DNA of 64,000 nucleotides from contig CATNEN010000029.1 in NCBI GenBank assembly GCA_950097015.1, positions 3,782,001 to 3,846,000 on the forward strand. The letters are read 5' to 3'. Each line of letters opens with the position of its first letter. The stretch's first letter is position 1. The stretch is from Macrostomum hystrix. Its lineage: Eukaryota; Animalia; Platyhelminthes. Both the position numbers and the translations under genes were made by a program. Shown here piece by piece: positions 1 to 11,128 of the stretch. Below the pieces are notes generated by a model that saw only the letters and a program-made list of their open reading frames with translations, searched no databases and was not told where the DNA came from.

Positions 1-548
1 GGGAGAAATTAGACAAAGGAGATAATCGATTCGGGAGAAATTAGACAAAGGAGATAATCGATTCGGGAGAAATTAGACACAGGAGAGATTAGACACAGAG
101 AGATTAGACACAGGAGAGATTAGACACAGGATAGATTAGACACAGAGAGATTAGACACAGGAGAGACTAGACACAGGAGAGATTATACACAGGAGAGATT
201 AGACGCAGGAGAGATTAGACACAGGAGAGATTAGACACAGAGAGATTAGACACAGGAGAGACTAGACACAGGAGAGATTATACACAGGAGAGATTAGACA
301 CAGGAGAGATTAGACACAGGAGAGATTCGACACAGGAGAGATTAGACACAGGAGAGATTAGACACAGGAGAGATTAGACACAGGAGATATTAGACACAGG
401 AGATATTAGACACAGGAGATATTAGACACAGGAGAGATTAGACAACAGGAGAGATTAGACACAGGAGAGATTAGACACAGGAGAGATTAGACACAGGAGA
501 GATTAGACACAGGAGAGATTAGACACGGAGAGATTAGACACGGGAGAG
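1..548 (+). repeat. Minisatellite, 16-bp unit GATTAGACACAGGAGA (continues beyond window start)
   Basis: More than 25 tandem near-identical units; purine-rich; related to arrays at 25300 and 60370. Confidence 0.95.
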
Positions 549-1764
549 AAATTGTTTTGGATAGTGCCTGGTGGGTTGGATTCAGGAGAAAAGTTGGCCG
601 AAATTCGCTGATTCGAGAAAAAAACAAATTTCATTCGGCTAGGAGAGAGTGAGTGACTTTCCGTGTCGCGTCTTTGTTCACAAATGAAGGCCCAGAACTC
701 TTAGTATGAGTCACTCACTACTGATTTCTCTCTCATTAAAGAGAAAAGTAAGCATGCCTGCCCGGTGAAGTTTTAGTGTGCGGTAGAGGTAGTTCAGCAT
801 CTTAATGTCCCTATAGACTATTCAAGATAAATGTTTTTATCTGTTGGTGTGTTGACACAAAGGTTCTAATTAGTAATATACATTGTTGGTTTTCATTCTA
901 CTGTCACGCTGAGCCCTAGGGATCGGTGACAGTCCAATGCCCGTGCGGAAAATATATAGCATTATGTCGACAGAGTGAGTGACTGAGCTCACGCGCACAG
1001 AGAAGCTCTCTGTACGTGGTTGAGTCACCGCTCCAGGGTTCTCTAGCAGCTCAACCTAGCCCCAGCCACATCCCCGGTGTGTGATAGATATAGTCCCGTA
1101 AGCTCTTAGTCTGGCTGGGACGAGTGGAAATGCCTAAAAACGGGTGTGACTCACCCAGCTTCTCTTTGCTCTCGGGCAAACCAGAGTGAGCATGAGCACA
1201 GAGAGAGGGGGACACAATGCCTGGCTGAGTCACATGACTACTCAGCCACACAGCTTTCTCCAGCCTCTCAATGCAGGCGTGTTCTAGTAATTTATTCAAC
1301 TTGGCAAAAGCTTTCTCTTATCTACTTCTGTTTGCAGTGCTCACCAGTAAATTACATATAGCCACTTTCATCTTGGGGTCACGTGTCACTTACTCTGCTG
1401 AGCTTTTTGTATGCGTCTTCAATAATTTTGTACCTGACGTCAATACTAACGCTGATTCATTATCTCATTAGTCCTTATCCATTTGGTTAGGGCTGTGTAT
1501 TTCTCGCGGCCCGGTGAGTCCTCACTGAATGGTAGCACGCTGCAGTGGATATATTGCAGTCGCACTCTACATTTCATCTTCGAACCGAACTCGACCATAG
1601 CGATCAAAATGCTGGATGAGACTCAAATGTTTTACCACCTTCAATCTAAGACGATTCCGTCCGCAAGCGTCAGTGAAGCATGGCAGGCGGGTAGTAATAT
1701 TATACTGTCGCAATAAAATTACGTGCCAACTTCAACGTGCATTTAGGATTTGTAACTTGCGTGA

Positions 1765-2104
1765 AAAAAATAATTGTAGGAGGGCTGCGGGCAATGGCAC
1801 ATCATTTGGTGACACTAGACCCGCAGCCAGCGAGGAGGCAATTCTGCCCATTTCGCTGACTCCTGAGCACACACGCACACTGCAGATACTGTACGCAGGC
1901 ATATGGTTGTGTACATCTGCCCTGACTTTCTCATCGCCAGGCAGTGTACACTTCACTGTGCCTTGGAGCTGTACATTTCACGACAAGCTCCAAGCCTTCT
2001 GTCGGTGGCTGCACCCCAATTTAATGTGGCCTCGCCGTGGAATCGAGCTCAGGGGCCTTGGCGCAAGAGGCAAACGGGCGTTAACTGCTCTGCCACCGAG
2101 CCCC
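1765..2104 (-). mobile_element. tRNA-derived SINE, family B, copy 1
   Basis: Reverse strand begins GGGGCTCGGTGGCAGAGCAGTTAA...GAGCTCGATTCC (Pol III A/B-box-like head); homologous to copies at 20001, 32032, 37733 and 54475; degenerate TSD CTTGCGTGAAAA/CTTGCATGGAAAA. Confidence 0.85.
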
Positions 2105-3061
2105 TTGCATGGAAAACTTATTATTCAAGCATTTAATAGTAGGTGGAATAAAATTTAAGAAAAAATAACTTTAGGAAATTGCTTTGTTTTCATCGGGCTA
2201 AATACACGTTCCAAGGAATAAGGCGTTGGTTGTACTTTATATCCACAGTACGACTCAAGAAATCTTTGGAAGATACAGATCTGGTCTAAATTTGTAAAGC
2301 ATTCATACTAAAATAAGATCAGTCATAATTTACACAGCACACAAAACGGCCAAGCACGGGTTCCTATAAAATGTATTTCAGCTAGACTAACACGAGTCTG
2401 CACCAACGTCAACTTGAGATAACAAATTACGAAAGGATTAACTTAAGCGGACGCAGTACAGAAACTGCGACACATTTTAGGAAAGCAGTGTAGCTGAACA
2501 GCCTAGACTATTCTCTGCCTATCTAGTCTTGACACTTGGTCAGATCTGACAGGCTGGGGCCCACGCGACCGCGTAATCAGTACCGAACTCGTCACTATAA
2601 CATTTCCGCGTCTCAGTACTGTTCTATAGCATATAGGGGCGGTCTGGTATCGATGCTAAACATTTGCTTGTCCTTTTGCATATATACACAGACGTACTGC
2701 CCCGACGATGTATTGTGGTGGAACTTCGGGCTGTAGGTACGTTCGCTTGACTTGACTGTGCAAGAAAGAGAGTTATTATCAGCAACACTTCTGCACAGAC
2801 GCACTTCCGCCTGGCATTCTACTTGCATACAGATTCACACTCTCAGCTGCAAGCATGCCGATCAGCATCCTGCCATTTATTAGGGCCGTCACCAGACTGC
2901 TACGCGGCCTGTTGCTACGGTCTGACTATTACTGTATTTTTAGTGTCTGTTTCGCAAGAATTATCTGCGAAAAATGAAGCAGCAAATTTTAGCCGTCAGC
3001 AACCAGATTGTCGATTACCACCCGATTCGTTTCGCCGAAAATCATCAATACCTGAATTTGG

Positions 3062-3495
3062 ATGGAATTGAGGGACATGGGATTGTAGGACACGGGATTG
3101 AGGGACATGGGATTGAGGGATACAAGATTGAGGGACATGGGATTGAGGGACATGGGATTGAGGGATACAAGATTGAGGGACATGGGATTGAGGGACATGG
3201 GATTGAGGGATAAAAGATTGAGGGACATGGGATTGAGGGACATGGGATTGAGGGATACGAGATTGAGGGACATCGGATTGACGGACATGGGATTGAGGGA
3301 CATGGGATTGAGGGATACAAGATTGAGGGACATGGGATTGAGGGACATGGGATTGAGGGATAAAAGATTGAGGGACATGGGATTGAGGGACATGGGATTG
3401 AGGGATACGAGATTGAGGGACATCGGATTGACGGACATGGGATTGAGGGACATGGGATTGAGGGACATGGGATTGAGGGACATGGGATTGAGGGT
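3062..3495 (+). repeat. Minisatellite, 15-bp unit GGGATTGAGGGACAT
   Basis: About 29 tandem units; variant pattern repeats at 150 bp. Confidence 0.95.
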
Positions 3496-4717
3496 ATTTA
3501 ATCAGAGTTGAAACCTGATTTGGGGGCATTTAAGCGAAGTTGGTTTGCTCCTATTAATAATTTTCACTGTGAAGACAGTCGCTGGTGTTTTGGAGTTAAA
3601 GTGAATAACATATTATATTACAGACATGTTAATGCACTTACAAAAACTGCAGAGCAGGATTTGGGATAATGAATGCAAGGCCAGTGTGTTACGAGTGAGT
3701 CAACACCTTTACAAAAAAATAAAAAAACCGTCGAACGAAGAGTAGCCAGCTACAATCGCACCCAGGGGACGCACGCGCAGTTGACTCTCTTGCATATCCC
3801 TAGCTAGCATGAGTCATGCGACTTCACTACCCACGGGGGCCAAGCTGGAAAAGAGGAGTTCAGCCCGGGAAACGGGACAGGACTGCGTGCACGGGGATAG
3901 CAAGAAGCAATGCAAATGGAAGCGAAATAGTAAAGGAAGATGGGACAGGAAGAAGGCGTTTACCTCTGGGCCTAAACAAATTTTACCTTCAGCGCCCACG
4001 AAGATAAATCAAACAGTTCAGGGCGGCAGGAGGGGAGCGCGTGTGCTCCAGACTTCACCTGCAGTCCCGAACTGTAAAAAGAAGGGGTCTGAAAAAAACG
4101 ACTTAGCAGTTTGCAGGGCCCCAGATTTGGGACCGGGGTTGCAGGTAGCTAATACAGGAATTCGGATTGCATGCATCGGTCATGCACCTGCGGCTGAGTC
4201 TAGCAACATTTTTGTGTGTCTCTGATTGTTCCTTTCTTATGCAGCGAAAGTCTTCAGGCAGTTTTGTGAGTATTTTTATGGTGCCAGTCTCTTGATTTCT
4301 GACTGTCCCCTTCACCTGTCTGCCTGGAGGCTCTGAGGCCTGCCAATAATGCAATATGCGTCAGCACCTGTGCTTAACAAACAGCCCAGATGTGACTGTT
4401 GACCAACGACTGCAGAGAAGAAAGAGCGGCTTGTAGACTGGACAAAGACCGGGTCCATTTGCTTCCTATTAGATAGTCGAATTCCCCAATTCAGGATCCC
4501 CCGCAATTATCTCGGAATTTTCCAGCGAAGTCACGTATTTACACAAGGACAGGAGGGGAATCGGCTTTGTGATTTCCTCTCTGATAGCCCCTGCCTGCAA
4601 TGCCACAGATAGTTAACTAGCGAGATTGCTGATTAAATTGTCGGGATTGCTAACATCATTGTGTAAATACTAGCCCAAATAACTTAATGTTCCTCAGTCA
4701 CATATACTCAATCCCGT

Positions 4718-5045
4718 CTCCCTCAACCCCATGTCCCTCATTCCCATCTCCCTCAATCCCATGTCCTTCAATCCCATCTCCCTCAATCCCATGTCCTTCA
4801 ATCCCATCTCCCTCAATCCCATGTCCTTCAATCCCATCTCCCTCAATCCCATGTCCTTCAATCCCATCTCCCTCAATCCCATGTCCTTCAATCCTATGTC
4901 CCTCAATCCCATCTCCCTCAATCCCATGTCCATCAACCCCATGTCCCTCAATCCGATCTCCCTCAATCCCACACCCCTCAATCCCATGTACCTCAATCCC
5001 ATGTCCCTTAATCCCATGTATCTCAATCCAATGTCCTTCTATGTC
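4718..5045 (-). repeat. Minisatellite, same 15-bp family as 3062-3495 in inverted orientation
   Basis: Units ATGTCCCTCAATCCC / ATCTCCCTCAATCCC, the reverse complement of the 3062 unit. Confidence 0.95.
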
Positions 5046-6290
5046 CCTAAATCCTAAACTATGCATCCTAAATCCTAAATCCTATCCCGAAATCCGAAAT
5101 CCTAGATGCGTTGGCAAACTACTTACTACAATGTCTAGTATTGAGATAAAATTAGCTTGCGATGCATCTTGATCTAGGGATACTAAGCATGTTGTGATCG
5201 ATTGAGGCGTACATTGTTGAGAAGTATGAAAATCCAAATGGTTGGCGTCTTGCAAACTGCAATTCCCTCCGATATCCTGGGATCAAAGAAGATGGGATCA
5301 GAGTAATCAGAGCAGTCTTCGTCCCCTCTAGCTGGTAGTTGGCATCAGAAATCAATGATCCGAAAATTGCAGCACAATTTAGAATCGCGCGCACCCTCCC
5401 GGTTGGGATTTGTGTCTCGGATCATTGGTATGGAGTTCTCCGATTGGGAAGTCGAACCTGCTGAGGATGAGTCATCCGCCTCCGCCTTGTCCCCTCCCCG
5501 CTCTCATCCCACGCCTCCCCAAATAGGGCGTGTTTGCATTCCTGCTTGCCCCAGTATTCAATTTTCTTACTTCCCAGCCGAGACAGCTGGGATTCCAAAA
5601 CACCGAACTCCCTCCCCGTTGTAAGAGCGGGTGGAGTGTTGGGCCTTCCACCATTGGTCAGGGCCGTGAGGATCTGTCAGGTCAACAGGAGTTCAAGGCT
5701 GTCGTGGCGGCAATGGCTGTTTGCCATTTTCCCCATCGCCCCACCCTCCCAACCTCCAGTCTCCCCGGCTTCCTCCACAGTTTCTCTGGCCTGTCCGTTG
5801 AAACTCGTCCCCTGTCGCTCTGCCCAGCGAGTGTCACTCAGGGTCCGCTCCACCGGTTAAAACTGGTCTTTGGGGTCGCTCGTTTCGTGGAGGCTTCGAG
5901 GGCTGGCCTATTATATTACGTAATCAGTCCTTTGCCCAGGACCCCCCAGGGTGCATTCTTGGGCGTCATGTGACAGCTTAGACGGGTTCGCGTCCCCACT
6001 CCGCTGCGCTTCCCACAATTGCTTTCCTCACAACTTCATCCCAGACCATCCCGGACCAGAATTGCCCAGCCGATCCCAATCTAGAAAGTAACAGATCAAT
6101 TTTAGAAATCGTGCGCGAACACTGGAGACTCGTCATTGCTCTTCTGGGGAAAGCATTTCTAGCAGGCGGATGCAGATCTCTTCTAAATGAAGCAGAAAAG
6201 TACAGCAGCGCTGAAAGCTAACCAATTTGGCGAATTATATTTTTTAGTAGCAGCGAACTAGCTCTTGTGCCTCTCTAAACCCCAATAACA

Positions 6291-8261
6291 TATCTGAAAC
6301 CCCTCTTCCCTATCTGAAACCCCTCTTCCCTATCTGAAACCCCTCTGCCCTATCTGAAACCCCTCTGCCCTATCTGAAACCCCTCTTCCCTATCTGAAAC
6401 CCGTCTGCACTATCTGAAACTCCTCTACCCTATCTAAAACCCGTCTGCCCCATCTGAAACCCCTCTGCACTATCTGAAACCCCTCTGCCCTATCTGAAAC
6501 CCCTCTGCCCTGTCTGAATACCCTCAGCACTATCTGAAACACCTCTGCCCCTTCTGAAACCCCTCTGCCCTATCTGAAACCCCTCTGCCCCATCTGAAAC
6601 CCCTCTGCTCTATCTGAAACCCCTCTGCACTATCTGAAAACCCTCTGCCCTATCTGAAACCCCTCTGCCCTGTCTGAATACCCTCTGCACTATCTGAAAC
6701 ACCTCTGCCTCATCTGAAACCCCTCTGCCTCATCTGAAACCCCTCTGCTCTATCTGAAACCCCTCTTCCCTATCTGAAACCCGTCTGCACTATCTGAAAC
6801 TCCTCTACCCTATCTAAAACCCGTCTGCCCCATCTGAAACCCCTCTGCACTATCTGAAACCCCTCTGCCCTATCTGAAACCCCTCTGCCCTGTCTGAATA
6901 CCCTCAGCACTATCTGAAACACCTCTGCCCCTTCTGAAACCCCTCTGCCCTATCTGAAACCCCTCTGCCCCATCTGAAACCCCTCTGCTCTATCTGAAAC
7001 CCCTCTGCACTATCTGAAAACCCTCTGCCCTATCTGAAACCCCTCTGCCCTGTCTGAATACCCTCTGCACTATCTGAAACACCTCTGCCTCATCTGAAAC
7101 CCCTCTGCCTCATCTGAAACCCCTCTGCTCTATCTGAAACCCCTCTGCCCTATCTGAAACCCCTCTGCCCTGTCTAAAACCCCTCTGCCCTATCTGAAAC
7201 CCCTCTGCCCTATCTGAAAACCCTCTGCCCTATCTGAAACCCCTCTGCCCTATCTGAATACCCTCTGCCCTATCTGAAAACCCTCTGCCCTATCTGAAAC
7301 CCCTCTGCCCTGTCTGAAACCCCTCTGCCCTATCTGAAACCCCTCTGCACTATCTGAAAACCCTCTGCCCTATCTGAAACCCCTCTGCCCTGTCTGAAAC
7401 CCCTCTGCCCTATCTGAAACCCCTCTGCACTATCTGAAACCCGTCTGCACTATCTGAAACCCCTCTGCCCTATCTGAAACCCGTCTGCCCTATCAAAAAA
7501 ACCCCTCTGTCCTATCTGAAACCCCTCTGCCCTGTCTGAAACCCCTCTGCCCCCTCTGAAACCCCTCTGCCCTATCTGAAACCCCTCTGCACTATTTGAA
7601 ACCCGTCTGCACTATCTGAAACCCCTCTGCCCTATCTGAAACCCGTCTGCCCTATCTGAAACCCCTCTGCCCTATCTGAGAACCCTCTGCCCTATCTGAA
7701 ACCCCTCTGCCTCATCTGAAAACCCTCTGCCCTATTTGAAACCCCTCTGCACTATCTGAAACCCGTCTGCACTATCTGAAACCCCTCTGCCCTATCTGAA
7801 ACCCGTCTGCCCTATCTGAAACCCCTCTGCCCTATCTGAAAACCCTCTGCCCTATCTGAAACCCCTCTGCCTCATCTGAAAACCCTCTGCCCTATTTGAA
7901 ACCCCTCTGCCCTATCTGAAACCCCTCTGCCCTATCTGAATACCCTCTGCCCTATCTGAAAACCCTCTGCCCTATCTGAAACCCCTCTGCCCTGTCTGAA
8001 ACCCCTCTGCCCTATCTGAAACCCCTCTGCACTATCTGAATACCCTCTGCCCTATCTGAAACCCCTCTGCCCTGTCTGAAACCCCTCTGCCCTATCTGAA
8101 ACCCCTCTGCACTATCTGAAACCCGTCTGCACTATCTGAAACCCCTCTGCCCTGTCTGAATACCCTCTGCCCTATTTAAAACCCCTCTGCCCTGTCTGAA
8201 TACCCTCTGCCCTATCTGAAACTCCTCCACCTCATCTGAAACCCCTCCTCTCATTTGAAAC
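6291..8261 (+). repeat. Minisatellite, 20-bp unit TATCTGAAACCCCTCTGCCC
   Basis: About 98 tandem units; internal 380-bp block duplication. Confidence 0.97.
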
Positions 8262-9628
8262 AGCTCAGCTTGTCAGAAAATGAGCAAAAATAAACTCATG
8301 CTGGCCCATTGATGTGGCTGGTTCCGTGTCAAGCATAGAAAATGCTTTTTTCGTCCAATTTTCACAAATGCATCCATTGAAAATGTACCTCGTAGATTTG
8401 CTTTTTTAGAAGTTCCGTCTGCTAATTTCATACCCGCGGCGGCGGTGCCAGCAACGAATCTGTCTGGAATAAACAGTCTGGAATAAACAGTCGTTAATGT
8501 TCAATAGAATCACACCGACACTGCCTTGTTCAATTAGCAGCAAAAACATCCGGAACCCACAGTTTAACCTACCAGGCTTTCCGACTGCGGCTGTTCGAAT
8601 GCACCATCCAGCCTGCTATTTGTGGCTGTTTTGGTTGCCATGGAAACGACAATGCGCTTTCAGAAGGAGGTACGAAAGCTATAAAAAGGTTACTTGCAGT
8701 TTTATAGCGACCCAATGGTGGGGTTTTGCTTGGTTACAAAGTCATCATCTGGCATGAACATCTGGCGAACAGAATGGAGCATTTATTGGATCAATAAATT
8801 GACTCCATTGAATGCTTTCCTTTGTTCGTGTTGATTTTAACAATTCCAAATAGCTGATCTTAACGCACGCCTGAGTTGGTTTGCTCATTAAAAAAGAAGA
8901 ACTAGTTTTGCGCTCAGTTAATTCTCATCGACTTCTCATTTCGGCTGCGTGAACAGCAAGAATTTCTTCTTCCAACCAGCTTTTGGACTGGCAATTTTTT
9001 TCTAGCAGACTTCATGAATTTATACTCTTCGACTCATTGAGGCAATTTTGGATACAGCAACACTGGGGCCTGGTTAAAGCAGGCCTGGAATTCGGACTAG
9101 GAATTTTTCTACAGATTTCTCTTCATTTTTTATTTGTTGTTTTTTCGAACTAGCAGGCAAAATCATGAGTGCCTGAATCAAAAGTTTAGGTCGTCATTCT
9201 GACACTGTTGTTCTATTTCTGAGCCCTTTTAATGAAATCAACTGCACTCAAAAGCCTTTAGTCACCAAAAGCCACACATGTAAATCTCTATCCTCACAAT
9301 GTCGAGTCTTTGTTCTCCTTCAAAATGGTCTGGCTTTGCAGAACTTGCAGATTGGAAAAAAGAGATATTGCGAAATCGGTTTTATACTACTTACAGTAGG
9401 CACCAGAACTTGTCATTGAACTTATCCTTTGTCACTAAAAACACAGTTTTAGTGCTATTTTTGTAATTAAGTCTCGAGTATATTATTAGCAGGATCTAGG
9501 GACGCGAGAACCTTATAGTAAAGTGGTAAAGTATGCTCAAACGAAAACTACGGCTAGGTTGCAACACCCCCTGACTGCCAAATTCTCACTGGTTTCCGCG
9601 TTCTGAAATTTTCTCTATCAATCGATCA

Positions 9629-10186
9629 CTACTTCCAGCCGCTGGCGCCGCTGTTGCCGCCGACGGGCACAATGTCAAAGCTCAGGCCGCGCCTGCCGCA
9701 GGAGATGCAGCGGTGTTCGTGAATCGGAGGCGCTGGTGGCAGGTTCAGGCCAACAACCTGTGTCTGGCCATTGCAGCTGGGCAGCAGGGTGCCCGGTGGC
9801 GGCTGCCAACCACCCGGAGTCAGGCAGTTGGACGACAAGGCGCCGGCCGCGGGAGCTATCGACGGCTCCGGCTGAACCTGCGGCCGCATGTCGCCGACCC
9901 AGACGTGCAGCTGCACGCCGGTGTTCGTGTACAACGTGGTCCAACCCATCGGCGGCGGCACGTAGGCGATGCTGGAGCCCGGTGGTCGTGGCGGATCCCG
10001 CGGGTCCCACAGCAGCAGGCCCGGGAAGGGGCGGAGCAGGCGTTCGCCCGGGTACAAATTGGCCTCCAGCGGGTAGAAATTGTGCAGAGCCCCGGCTGTG
10101 GCGTTTCGCTCGACTTCGTCGCTCTCGCACATCTCATCGTCCACGCTGGTGCACCAGCGCTGAGGCCTGATGACATCCTGAGTCAT
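9629..10186 (-). CDS. Putative single-exon orphan protein, 185 aa, Pro/Gly-rich
   Basis: GC-rich island between AT-rich flanks; ATG at 10186 with an AG acceptor-like site 13 nt upstream; no family recognised; GC-rich DNA also gives overlapping ORFs in other frames. Confidence 0.5.
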   Translation of the reverse strand: MTQDVIRPQRWCTSVDDEMCESDEVERNATAGALHNFYPLEANLYPGERLLRPFPGLLLWDPRDPPRPPGSSIAYVPPPMGWTTLYTNTGVQLHVWVGDMRPQVQPEPSIAPAAGALSSNCLTPGGWQPPPGTLLPSCNGQTQVVGLNLPPAPPIHEHRCISCGRRGLSFDIVPVGGNSGASGWK

Positions 10187-10500
10187 GCCGCCGTGTGGTC
10201 TGATTCAATACGCAGTGTGGTCTCAACAAACACAATTTATTTTATTTTATTATATTTTTGATTCTCACTGGAAGTCCTTCATTGCTGGATTTTTACGAAT
10301 CGTTCGTCTGTTGTCTATGGTATAAACCCAGCGCAATTGCGGGTTTCAATATGGATTGCACCGATACTACTGATTGGAACTGCGCCAGTAGGTCTCGTGC
10401 GTTTTTCAAGTTTCTTCAATAGCTATTAAATATAATTTAGGAGTTATTAGTAAGAATTTTACGAACTGTGGCTTGTGCCATGAATGACACAATATTGTAG

Positions 10501-10787
10501 TAATAATATTAGTAATTGATTACACCTGCCCCAATTGGGCCAGATGTGTAGCCGACAGCGCAGCCGCAGCTATTGCGCGGCGCATCTGAAGGCTGCGTAC
10601 GGCTTGTTCAGTCCATGGACTGGGGGGACGCCACACTTACTCTCAATTACCCTACCTGATGCTGGTACCCATTTAACAGCAGAGTTTAGTGTTTTGCTAG
10701 AGGACAAGAATTGTTCCAGTGGAGTCGTGAATCGAAACCCCGACTTTCAAGTCGTGTGTCCCGACGCTCTAAACACTAGGCTACAAC
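10501..10787 (-). mobile_element. tRNA-derived SINE, family A, copy 1
   Basis: Reverse strand head GTTGTAGCCTAGTGTTTAGAGCG...GGGGTTTCGATTC; body shared with copies at 35560, 38773 and 59263; AT-rich tail. Confidence 0.85.
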
Positions 10788-11128
10788 TTCCTAAGACTGT
10801 GGATTGCGGATGTGTAATATTTTTTACGCACCTTTACAAAGCACTGGTGCCCTGGCTGTCACAGATCATCAGTTGCTACAAATAACAAATGCTTTCGTGT
10901 TCAAACAACTGCTAGAAGTGTTTATTTGAAACAGGAATGAGACAGTTGCCTGCATCTAGTAAATTCAGGAATTCACTAACGCAGGCCATCTTTCCAGATG
11001 ACCTTTTACTTCCGTACGTAGCAGAGGTGGCTGAGGTGTGGCGCATCCGCGAATAAGCGCTCTGATTGGTCAGTTCGGTTCGCTGACAGCAAATTGGCAT
11101 TTTTAAACACAGGAAGAACGGTTGGCCG

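Noticed and set aside
3809-4225. 138-aa Lys/Arg-rich ORF between the inverted arrays
   Set aside because: No recognisable domain, no splice or codon support, and a length attainable by chance
10700-10787. tRNA genes at SINE heads (also about 59470-59531, 54475-54545, 32330-32394)
   Set aside because: A/B boxes are present but there is no complete cloverleaf or acceptor stem, and each continues into a repeated body and tail
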